DNA of 63,445 bases, filler included, from Octopus bimaculoides (lineage: Eukaryota), in NCBI RefSeq assembly GCF_001194135.2. It is 8 parts of 7 records of this genome, joined end to end, with 100 filler letters (N's around TTAATTAATTAA, not from the genome) between each part and the next. Parts side by side here need not be neighbours in the genome. Positions count along the whole stretch, not along the records: positions 39,480 to 50,220 come from NC_068991.1; positions 50,321 to 54,066 come from NC_068983.1; 6 more parts are not named here. One strand, given 5' to 3'. Each line of letters opens with the position of its first letter. The stretch's first letter is position 1. Positions 39,959 to 50,766 of the stretch are shown here, piece after piece. A program made the translations under genes and the position numbers. The notes beneath the pieces are model-generated. The model did no database searches, was not told where the DNA came from, and worked only from the letters and a program-made list of their open reading frames with translations.

Positions 39959-42735
39959 ATGATAAAAAGAAAATCAACTGTTTGGAATTTTTTCGATAGG
40001 AAAAACAAAGATGAAGCTCAATGCAATAAGTGTGATAAGATCATGAAGTCTTCTGGAGGATCTACTACGTCTCTGATCTTGCACTTGAAGAAAATTCATC
40101 AAATCGACATAAATCAAGATGCAAACCAGCCTCCTGTGAAAATGACAAGAACAATGGAACACTTTTTAACAAAGAAATCAATGGAAGAAGTTTCAAAGTT
40201 AGCTGCTATGGATGGATTCTCTTTCAATTCAATCACCAAAAGCGATTTTATACAGAGAAATCTTCATAGTCAGAGAGGCAAATATGATAAATCACAACCA
40301 ACATCTGCAAACGGAGTCAGGAATATGGTTATGAATTACAACATAACCAAGAAAGAAGAACTTATTCGTTATTTCAAAAAAGTAACGCTGGGGATTCACT
40401 ACTCATTGACATTGGATGAATACAGATCAATTCAAAATAAACGATATATAAACATAAATGTTTATAGGAAAGACAATCATTGGTCATTGGGTCTTATTGA
40501 GGTCCATGGCTCCCTTAATAGCAGGAGAACAGAGCAGTTTGTGAGAGAATGTCTTCGTGAATTTGGATTGGATTTGGATATACACATTGTTGGCTGTACG
40601 ACGGATGGTGCTTCTATGATGGTGAAATTCGGAAAAGAAATAAGACCTGATCACCAACAATGTCTCATACATTGCATACATCTGTCTGTGATCGACATTC
40701 TCTATTAAAATAATATTGAAAATATTGCCTCAACCGATGAGACTGATAAAAAAAGTGAAGAGATCGCTATAACAGACGATAGTGATGATGAAGCTGACAT
40801 AAGCCAACAGGACATACTTTTTCAAACAGATTTGGCTCACGCAAATGCTTATTTTCCCCAGCTAAAACCTGAATTTAACAAAGTTTTAAATAAGGTAAGA
40901 AAAATTTCAAAACTTTTCCGTAAATCTCCTGAAAAAAATGAAATTTTGCAAGATTTTGTACGACCGAACTTTGATAACAGAGAATATAAACTTATACTGG
41001 ATTGCAGAACTAGGTGGAATAGCACATTCCATATGATTGAAAGATTTTTGAAATTGAAAAGCTGCATTCCAAATGCTCTATGAGCAGTACTTTCCACAGA
41101 TACCGTAGCTGACGAAGAATGGATATCTCTCAATTTACCATATGAAATTCTGCATCCAGTAGAAATTATTTTGAGGGCTATTTGCGCTGATGATACGGAT
41201 TTACTGAAAGCGGAATATTCTATAGAATTTTTATTGAATAAACGGATCTTTCTGATTTGACGGACACCATTTTTTATTTAGTGTGTTTTCTACCGAAACA
41301 CTTTAAAACATCATATACTTGTATATTTTGTCTTATAGAACAGAGAAAAATTTTTATATTCAAAGTTATTTCATGTTAAAAATTGTCGTATTTCGGTAAT
41401 TTCAACCAATCACTGACACCTATTGAGGTGAAAACAATTACTGCTGTGGTTTGTGAACAACACATTGTGGCGGTGTAATGGGATCTTTTCCCTTGAATAA
41501 AATTAGTGCCGTTGTTTGTCAACAACAACTATCGGCGGTACTGTTATTTATGACATCATTTGTGCGTTTGTACTGGTTTTAGCTTTAAGGTTTTAAGGTT
41601 AGGGTTCAGGTTTTAGAGTTAGGGTTAGGGTTAGGGTGATGAGTATTTTTGCCAAATTTGGTGAAAAATTTGTGGCGGTGTATTGAACAGATTTTCACCA
41701 AACTCTAAAACCCGAACCCTAACCCTAAAATCCTAAAGCTAAAACCAGTACAATCGCATGAACGATGTCATAAATAACAGTACCGCAGATAGTTGTTGTT
41801 GACAAACAATGGCACTAATTTTATTCAAGGGAAAAGATCCCATTACACCGCCACAACATGTTGTTCACAAACCACAGCAGTAATTGTTTTCACCTCAATA
41901 GACGTCAGTGATTGGTTGAAATTACCGAAATACGACAACTTTAACACGAAATAACTTTAAAAATATAAACTTTTCTCAACAACACTAAGAGTAAAAGATA
42001 TTTTATATGACACATTCTACCGGTGTCCCAAATTTGAAAGTGTTTCGTTAGAAAACAAATGGTGTCTGCCAAATCAGAAAGATCCAAATAAACTTAATAT
42101 CGTCAGCAACCCTTTGGCTCTAAATCTTCGTGAAAGACTTATGCATAGATATAATAAAAGAAGAAATGTCGAAACCTTGACTCTCTTGAGGTATTTACAT
42201 AACCCAAGGAAGTTTAAAAGTGAATCAATTTCTGGACCTTTTCTTTCCTTTTCTTTTTTCAACGAAACAACATTTAAGGAAGTCTGCTGAACAAACATAT
42301 AGGAGATTATTTCCTGAACATGACGCTGAGAACACAACAGAATTATACAAAGAAAATGAAATAGGAGGGAACCTAAAAACAAGTGTTACTGTTGTCCCAT
42401 CTACTTACGAAGGTAATGAACTCATGCATGAATACACAAACACAATGAAGAAAATGAAGGAAGAGCCCAAGATAGTAACAGATGGATTTGAAATCTCTAA
42501 AGAATTCGAATATTTTGAAGCAACTTCGAACAGAAGTGAAAAGCTCGAGAAACTTTATAGAGCATTGCTTACAACTAAAGCAACTAGTGTCCAGTTGGAA
42601 AGAGCTTTTTCAATTGCTGGACTTTTCAACACAAAAATTAGGACAGGTTTGTCAGGTAAAACACTGAATGCATCGTGTTTTTTAAAAGAGTATTTTCGAA
42701 GGAAAGTGAATCATCAAGCAAGTCAAGAAACTTGA
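39959..42735 (+). pseudogene. BED-finger hAT transposase pseudogene
   Basis: BED finger (VWNFF..AQCNKC..LHLKKIH), catalytic TLDEY, TTDGAS and LERAFS, CxxH (CLIH), TRWNS. In-frame stops at 40706 and 41081, an insertion at 41244-42085, and a frameshift near 42270. Confidence 0.92.
41244..42085. mobile_element. Foldback transposon (~840 bp) carrying TTAGGG repeats, inserted in the hAT ORF
   Basis: TIRs GGATCTTTCTGATTTG / CAAATCAGAAAGATCC. Flanks GAATAAAC / AAATAAAC (7/8 TSD). Long inverted arms. Removing it restores FLLNK-LNIVSNPLAL in frame. Confidence 0.88.
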
Positions 42736-42939
42736 TTGATTCTCAAAAATACAACAACTTGGAAAAACGTTGCATTCCTGATTAAATAAATATAATACCA
42801 TTATTTTTTGTTATTGTTTGTACATAGATACAGATACAGGCACCATCAACATATTTGTGGATATCAGTCAACCTGTTACTTTCTCTCTTTCTCTGTGTAT
42901 GTATATAAATAAAATACAATATATGACAAACTTCTGCGT

Positions 42940-43046
42940 TACAGGGACACCGCTCTAAATCCGCGAAAACCGGTTTTTAACCGGTTTTGAGAATTACTTA
43001 TACTTAAATTCGGTTTTGAGAATTATCAGTTTTTTTGAGAGCCCTA
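42940..43046 (+). mobile_element. 3' terminus of the hAT element (subterminal repeats plus TIR)
   Basis: Repeated AAAACCGGTTTT / CGGTTTTGAGAATTA motifs ending TTTTTTGAGAGCCCTA, i.e. a TAGGG-type hAT TIR. The 5' TIR is not visible. Confidence 0.7.
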
Positions 43047-44790
43047 GACTGAATGTAGCATGGCTAGATTACAAAAAAGTATATGACATAGTACCATACA
43101 GTTGGATAAGTAAAACAATGAACATGTTTGGAAAAGCAAAAAACATGGAGAAAATGCTTAAGGAAAGTATGAAGCTTAGGAATACTGAACTCAGAAAACT
43201 GAACATCAGACATGGAATATTCTAAGGTGATAGCTTATCTCCATTACTATTCATATTTGTCATGACACCGCTCACTATGATACTACAAAAAGTTAAAATT
43301 GCTTATGATTTGGGAAAAGGAAATAGTCAGATAAATCATGGATGATATAAAGGTTTATGTGAAAAATAAGAAATAGTTTGAAAGTCTTATACATACTATC
43401 TGCATTTTCTCAAATGACCTAGGAATGGAATTTGGGATAGAAAAGGGTGCTATATTGAAAATGAAATAAAGGACAATTTGAAAGCAGTCATGGAATTGAA
43501 ATGTCAAATAGGCAAACAATAAGAGTGGTCAAGAAAGGACAGTAGTATAAGTACTTGGGACTACTGGAAGAAGATGAGATTAAAAAAAAATAAAGAAAAG
43601 AAACAAATTACCAGTAGAGAATACATAAGGAGAGTCAGAAAATTACTGCAGTCAAAGCTGAATTCCCAAAATCTCATTGAAGCAATAAATTCAAGAGCAG
43701 TACTTTTAATCAGATATGGAGTTGAAATAATAGACTGGACCAGAAATGAAATAAAGAAACTTGACAGAAAAACTAGAAAGTTGTTGATGATGTAGGGAGC
43801 CTACCATCCGAAAGCTGATATCAACTGGCTGTACTTGAAAGAGACCAGGGTGGAAGAGGTTTAATAGCAGTAGAAGAATGTGTACAGATGGAAAAAAAAG
43901 TCTAGTAGAGTATTTGCAGAGCAGCACAGAAAAACTACTAAAGGCAGTTAAGAAAGAACAGTTGATGAAGTGTGTAATAGGAGAAAAGGACAAGAATGAA
44001 ATACAAAAAGAGAACATCAGAGAGATCGAAGAGAAACCTCTGCATGGCCAATTTTGGAGAGCCACTGAAGACATAGGTGAAACAAAATCCTGGGCTTGGT
44101 TTAAAAAGGGCAATCAAAAAAGGAAGCAGAGCCTAATTGTTGCAATAAAAACAAACAACTTGAGAAAAATATATATATGGAGAGAATGTGTCAGGAAAAT
44201 GTAGAGCCTGTGGAACTTGGAATGAGACAGTGGCATATATTGTGGTAGAATGCCCCGAGTGAGCACAGGAAGAATATAAGAAATTGAGACATGACTAGGT
44301 TGTAAAAGTTTTACACTGGAAACTGCCAGAAATGAGGATTTGAAGCTTGAAACATATGGTACAATCATTGAGTCGAAAGAGTACTAGAGTCTGAGAAATG
44401 CAAGATTTTGTGGGACTTTCCCCTTCAAACAGACAAGAAATTAGAAAACAACAGACCAGATATTACAACCATAGATAAGAAAAAGCAAAGTTGCTTACTT
44501 ATCGACGTATCATGCCCATTTGATTCCAGGATCATAAAGATAGAGGAAGAAAAACAAAGAAAATACAATCCCTATAAATTTGAAATAGGAAGAATTTGGA
44601 ACATGCGAACAGTAAAAGTTGGGCCTATAATAATTGGTGCATTGGGGACAGTAAGCCAAGATATAGACAAATGGCTGAAGAAAATTGAAATAGAATGCCC
44701 AGTAGAGCTCCTGCAGAAAGTTTGCCTCTTCGGGACAGCAAAGATTATCTGGAGGGTTCTAAGCTCCTGAAAGATTGCTGAAAATGTGTG
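43047..44790 (+). mobile_element. R4/Dong-type non-LTR retrotransposon (RT, CCHC, restriction-like endonuclease), degenerate
   Basis: VAWLDYKKVYDIVPYSWI, GDSLSPLLF, YKYLG, AINSRAV, KLDRKTRKLL, and the RLE domain LWDFPLQTDKKLENNRPDI...LIDVSCP...EKQRKY...PIIIGALG. Confidence 0.88.
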
Positions 44791-44794
44791 GATA

Positions 44795-45125
44795 CAAGTA
44801 TCATGCCGTGGTCTGAGAGGAGAGTTTTTTCAGCTGAAATACTGTGAACGGAGCTAGAGATTGTTTTATTCTGTCTTATTGGTTCGAGCACTAGCTGAGT
44901 CAGGAAGAATCTACCCATTAGATTAAAGAGTAATTCTGCTGCTGCTTTATCTAATGTAGAGCATCTGCCTATCATCAGAGTATTTGTGGGCCAGTTTATA
45001 TGAGGGAGGTTAAAATCACCCATCACTAGTATGTTCCGGAGTTGTATTTTTGAAGGAAGGACTTGATTTTGTTGAGGCACTCTTCAAAGCACTTTAGAGG
45101 TGCTTGGGAGGCCTGTAAAGACCAA
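44795..45125 (-). mobile_element. CR1/L2-type APE endonuclease fragment
   Basis: [14 protein letters not shown]...FLTQLVLEPIR...LLSDHGMI. Confidence 0.8.
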
Positions 45126-45205
45126 CAATGATTATGTCTTATATATATACATACATATATGCACATATATACGTATGTATATATATAAACATATATACAC
45201 ATATA

Positions 45206-45281
<76 letters not shown>

Positions 45282-45851
45282 TACATACATATATATAGCT
45301 AGTTAGGTTATATATATATCATCATCTTCATCATCATTATCATCATCGTTTAATGTTCGCTTTCTATGCTGGTCATTGGTGAGATGGTTTAACTGAGAAC
45401 TGGCAAGCCAGGAGGCTGCACCAGGCTCCAGTCTGATCTGGCAAGTTTTCTACTGCTGGATGCCCTTCCTAACACCAACCACTCTGAGAGTGTAGTGGAT
45501 GTTTTTCACGTGCCATCGGCATGGGGGAAAATTGAACAGCACTGGCATTGACCACGCTTGAATGGTGCTTTTTACGTGCCAACAGCATGGGTGCCAGTCA
45601 GGTGGCACTGGCATCAGCCACAACAATGATTTCACTTGACTCGACAGGTTTTTTCAAGCACAGCATATTGCCCAATGATTGAAGAGTATGTATATATGTA
45701 TAAATTTATATATATATTTATACATACATATATACATTTATGCCACCACGAAGTATATGTACATCTCATCATGTTGGAACATTGAACCTTGCACATATTT
45801 TTCTCTCTGCATTTCTTTTCATTGTCTCTCTGTATTTTTTCCCTCTTAATC

Positions 45852-45887
45852 CTTTCTGTCGAAGAGCATAGGCTCAAAACGTAAAAG
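45852..45887 (+). ncRNA. Degenerate minimal type-I hammerhead motif in a pLTR-like repeat ending in (TA)n
   Basis: CTTT-CTGTCGA-A-GAGC-ATAG-GCTC-(G>A)AA-ACGT-A-AAAG. All three stems pair, but A6 and G12 differ from the consensus core. Confidence 0.55.
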
Positions 45888-46576
45888 TCTTTTCTATTTT
45901 TCCTGAGCATTAAACTAATACACCTGCTTGTTGTTCCTACACTAGTCTTTATTATTTGTTTTCTGTAAATTTGAACTATATATATATATATATATNNNNN
46001 NNNNNNNNNNNNNNNNNNNNNNNNNNNNNNNNNNNNNNNNNNNNNNNNNNNNNNNNNNNNNNNNNNNNNNNNNNNNNNNNNNNNNNNNNNNNNNNNNNNN
46101 NNNNNNNNNNNNNNNNNNNNNNNNNNNNNNNNNNNNNNNNNNNNNNNNNNNNNNNNNNNNNNNNNNNNNNNNNNNNNNNNNNNNNNNNNNNNNNNNNNNN
46201 NNNNNNNNNNNNNNNNNNNNNNNNNNNNNNNNNNNNNNNNNNNNNNNNNNNNNNNNNNNNNNNNNNNNNNNNNNNNNNNNNNNNNNNNNNNNNNNNNNNN
46301 NNNNNNNNNNNNNNNNNNNNNNNNNNNNNNNNNNNNNNNNNNNNNNNNNNNNNNNNNNNNNNNNNNNNNNNNNNNNNNNNNNNNNNNNNNNNNNNNNNNN
46401 NNNNNNNNNNNNNNNNNNNNNNNNNNNNNNNNNNNNNNATATATATATATATAAATCCAAAAAATGGAACAAGAATGCAACAAATGACAATAAAACATCT
46501 GGACAGATAGACAATACAAAGATGGATAGAAAAAACAATAAAAAAGATGGATAGGATAAAACAAGGATGGGTCAAT

Positions 46577-46646
46577 CGCAACCTTCTCTCGTCAGTCAAC
46601 TTGTCAAATTATCCTTACAGTTTCGGCTGGTTACACTTGAGACTGT
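46577..46646 (-). ncRNA. Second well-preserved family X hammerhead-like motif
   Basis: Minus strand ACAGT-C-TCAAGT-gtaac-CAGCC-GAA-ACTGT-15 nt-AGTTGA-CTGACGA-gagaa-GGTTG. Confidence 0.55.
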
Positions 46647-47743
46647 TCAAATCTGGATGGCCCCAAAAATCTAAGCTAAGAGCATTAAATTCTTTGGGAG
46701 AAACCAAGCAAATGTGTATGACAACAAAGACAAAAAAAAATGGAGAAAATGTTACACAGTTACAAATACAAACCACAAGAAAATAACAACAGGTGTCTTT
46801 CGACTAATAAAGATGAATCAAGTTGAGCTGGCATGTGTAGAGTAAAAGCCTTGATGCAGGAACATAGAAAATGAACATAATAGGTGAAAGTCATGAGACA
46901 GGAATATAAGAGATGCTTAGTGGCTGGCAGTTGAGCCTGGAAAGAAAGATCATGCCTGGCTGAATACCGGTCACGTGGAAGGAGATGAGAGGTGTAGAGG
47001 GCAGAGGGAGATACGGGAGATACGTGGGGAGGGAAAGTAGGGATTAAAGAAAGAGAAGACCAAGAAATGTGAAAGAGGGGGAGCGAGAAAAAGAAAAGGG
47101 AAAAGAAAGAAGGTATGAGGAGGACTAAAGAAAGAGTAAAAGAGTCATACAGAATTTAGGTACATACTTATAAGGTGAGCAAAAATGTATGTACACCACT
47201 ATATGTATATATAAATTTTTAAAAATGGAACAAAAATGCAACAGACAACAATAAAACATCCAGACAGATAAGTGATACAAAGATGGACAGGAAAACAATA
47301 AAAAGACAGAGAGGAAAAAACAAGGATGGGTCATTCGCAGCCTTCTCTCATCAATCAAGTTGCTAAATTACCCTTACAGCTTTGGTCAGTTACACTTAAG
47401 ACTGTTCAAATCTGGCAGGCCCAAAAAATCTAAGCTAAGAGCATTGGAGTCAACCAGATTTGAACAGTCTCAAGTGTAACTGACCAAAGCTGTAAGGGTA
47501 ATTTGGCAACTTGACTGATGCTTGCTTTCTTCCAAAATATTTAATGCCCTTAGCTTAGATTTTTGGGGTCAGCCAGATTTGAACAGTTTCAAGTGTAACC
47601 AGCTGAAGCTATAAGGATAATCTGGAAACTTGACTGAGGAGAGAAGGCCACAAATAGCCCATCCTTGTTTTGTCCTGTCCATCTTCATATCGTCTGTCTG
47701 GATATTTCATTGTCGTTGTTGTGTCCTTGTTTCGTCTTTTGGA

Positions 47744-47778
<35 letters not shown>

Positions 47779-48377
47779 GCATACATACACTTTTGCTCAC
47801 CTTGTAAGTAAGAATTTATCTAAATTCTGTATGACTATTTTACTTCTTTCTTTACTCCTTCCCTTTTCTCGCTCACCATCTCGCACATTTTTGGCCTTCT
47901 CTTTCTTTAATCTACCTATTTTTCAACATTTATCTCCCTTGTACCTTCTCAATGTCCCTTTGAGTTTTATTCTCTTTCTCATCCTCCCCCTAATTTTTCA
48001 ATCCTTTTGCTCCCTACCTCTCTCCTTTCCTTCCACATGACCGGTGTTCAGCCAAGCATGATCTGCCTTTCTTGGCTCAACTGCCAGACATGAAGCACCT
48101 CTTATTCTTGTCTCCTGACTTTCATCTCTGAGGTTCATCTATGTTCCTGCCTCAAAGCTTTCACTCCACACACACCAGCTTAACTTGATTCATCTCTATT
48201 AGTCAAAAGATACCTCTTGTTATTTTCGTGCTGTTTGTATTTGTAATTGAGAAATATATTCTCTGTATTTTTTTTGTTTTTTTTTGTTTTTTGTCTTTGT
48301 TGTCATACACATTCGCTTGGTTTCTCCAAAAATATTTAATGCTTTTAGCTTAGATTTTTTGGGCCAGCCAGATTTGA

Positions 48378-48445
48378 ACAGTCTCAAGTGTAACTGGCCG
48401 AAATTGCAAGGATAATCTGGAAACTTGACTGAGGAGAGAAGGCCA
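48378..48445 (+). ncRNA. Hammerhead-like motif with non-canonical strand order (family X, all core nucleotides present)
   Basis: ACAGT-C-TCAAGT-gtaac-TGGCC-GAA-ATTGC-15 nt-ACTTGA-CTGAGGA-gagaa-GGCCA. Confidence 0.55.
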
Positions 48446-49313
48446 CGAATGGCCCATCCTTGTTTTGTCCATTCCATCCTTTTGTTGTTTTTTTTTGTCT
48501 GTCTTCATATCATCTATCTGTCCAGATATTTTATTGTCATTTGTTGCACTCTTGTTCCATTTTTTGAATTTATATATATATATATATAAGTATCTCATAC
48601 ATTGGTGTTACATATTTATATACACCAATGGATATGTATATATATACATATGTGTGTGTGTGAAACTGATAAAGTAAATACTATTTACAATAAAAATTCA
48701 CCATTTTGAGTAAAATGCCAGCATCTTTCAGAGCAAAATCTTTGACAGCTGTTTGCATGCTTTACTGCTTCTAACTGTCACTTACTCCCATTCTGTTGTT
48801 TTGCTCTTCTTCCCCCACAAGCATGACCAACAGGATGTTAGTACCAAAGTTGTAGATGCATGTATATTTGTTTCTAGTATTGTGAATCTTACCTATTTCA
48901 GGGTCAACTAGTTGGAGAGTTTGTGTTATTTTGTGTGGATTTTTTTTTTTGTATGTGTGTCTTCCTTGTTATATTTACTAAATTCTATATCAGCAAAATT
49001 AGGTGATGTAGAGTAAGATAATTTAACTGTGTGTTTATTAAAAATACAGTGAGTGATATTTGTAGTTTGGAGGAAAGTTCTAGAAAGAGTGTGTGAAACC
49101 CTATCACATTCCACTTTCTTACTTTAATATTTCTATTTTCTTGTGCATGATAGTTATTTTTAGAAGATGTATATCATAATTATTTTTGTGGGTCTGTTTG
49201 AGGATGTATTACCAGAATATCCAGCTTTAGATATGACATGAATGGATTATGTTAGTTCCTATCATATATTTTAAGTTAGTATTTTTAATGTTGCTTGAGA
49301 GAGATAGATAGAT

Positions 49314-49370
<57 letters not shown>

Positions 49371-49639
49371 TACTCACCTATCTATTTGAGGGAGCACAAG
49401 TTGTTGACTGGCACCAGTACAGGAGGTATGAACCTAAATGGTTGGGTGGAAGAAAGGAACAGTATAATGTAAGCAGCAAGGTTATTTAGAAAAGCACAGA
49501 TGAACAAAGGTAAGGGTAGATGATGGAATACGATAAAGATTAGGTGACAGATAGCATTAGAAGTGACCCTGGGAGGAAGGAAAAATGTGATGGCTGATAA
49601 TAGAAAAGAGCGAAGAGGGTGTAAAGAGATGCCCTTGAG

Positions 49640-50090
49640 AGAAGGAATTATAGACATATGGGGACAGTCCAATGCAATCATCCTCCATATGCATCATATA
49701 CCTAAACAAATGCAGCCTACTGTCTTGCACACTATATCTGATTCCTTTTATACTCAGTCTTTCTCTGAGCTCATTTGCATTTTGGTATTCATGTACACTA
49801 ACATTTCACATATAGGGTATATGCTTGTTTTCACAACTCTTCTGCATTGCAGTTCTCACACAACTGTCATGCAATCTGCCCTTGACTTTGAGAAAGGAAA
49901 AAGAAAACCTTTGTTACCACCAGAAGTAATAGCTCCCTGAACTTTTTCCAGCCTATTCTTACCTTGGATACTATACTTCATGAATAACCACTCCCTCTGC
50001 TAATTATGCCACTGAGATAACAGAAGCTATCAGCTACTTTTAACGTTTAAGCTGGTTCCCATGCATTTCCCTGAAGAGAAGATTACATTT
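49640..50090 (-). mobile_element. Degenerate RTE LINE C-terminal fragment
   Basis: Minus strand VADSFCYLSGIIS...VSKVRIGWKKFRELL, followed by frameshifted remnants of the RTE C-terminus. Confidence 0.78.
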
Positions 50091-50462
50091 TTAACATCAC
50101 CAATTCCTATGGAAGGTATAATTTGTAATCTTCGAAACATATGTTGGAAATAAAAATATGCAGTTAACATATGCGTTTTACTCCATTCACTAAATTCATA
50201 TATATATATATATATATATANNNNNNNNNNNNNNNNNNNNNNNNNNNNNNNNNNNNNNNNNNNNTTAATTAATTAANNNNNNNNNNNNNNNNNNNNNNNN
50301 NNNNNNNNNNNNNNNNNNNNTTTACTCGGTTCGAGGCTATAGCAGAAGACACTTGCCCGAGGTGCTACGGAGTAGGACTGGTCCCGGAAGCATGTGGTTG
50401 GAGAGCAAGCTTCTTACCACACACATATATGCATGTGTGTATGTATGTATGTATGTATGTAC

Positions 50463-50513
<51 letters not shown>

Positions 50514-50766
50514 CATACATACATACATACATACACACACACATTTACTTTCTCGATTGTAAAATACCAAACACATTCGACGCTTACAAAGTTGGTTTAT
50601 AAAATGTTGTCGTAATAAAATTGAGGATAATAATGGGGATTTAGTTCACATGTGATCTAAACGATTAGGTGCGCTAGGTAACTCGTGTAACGTATTACTA
50701 GGGCTCCAAATTTATAGCCGAGACGGTAGTTATGGAGCCATTGCAGATTTTCGATGCAGAGGATAC

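Larger units (their letters stand above)
46451..48573. mobile_element. Head-to-head pair of X-Y-X non-coding elements (~2.1 kb diverged palindrome); X carries a hammerhead-like motif
   Basis: Left arm 46451-47445 (minus) and right arm 47521-48573 (plus). Each arm is ~250-bp X + ~500-bp Y + X, and X ends in (TA)n. An extra inverted X piece lies at 47454-47520. Confidence 0.85.
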
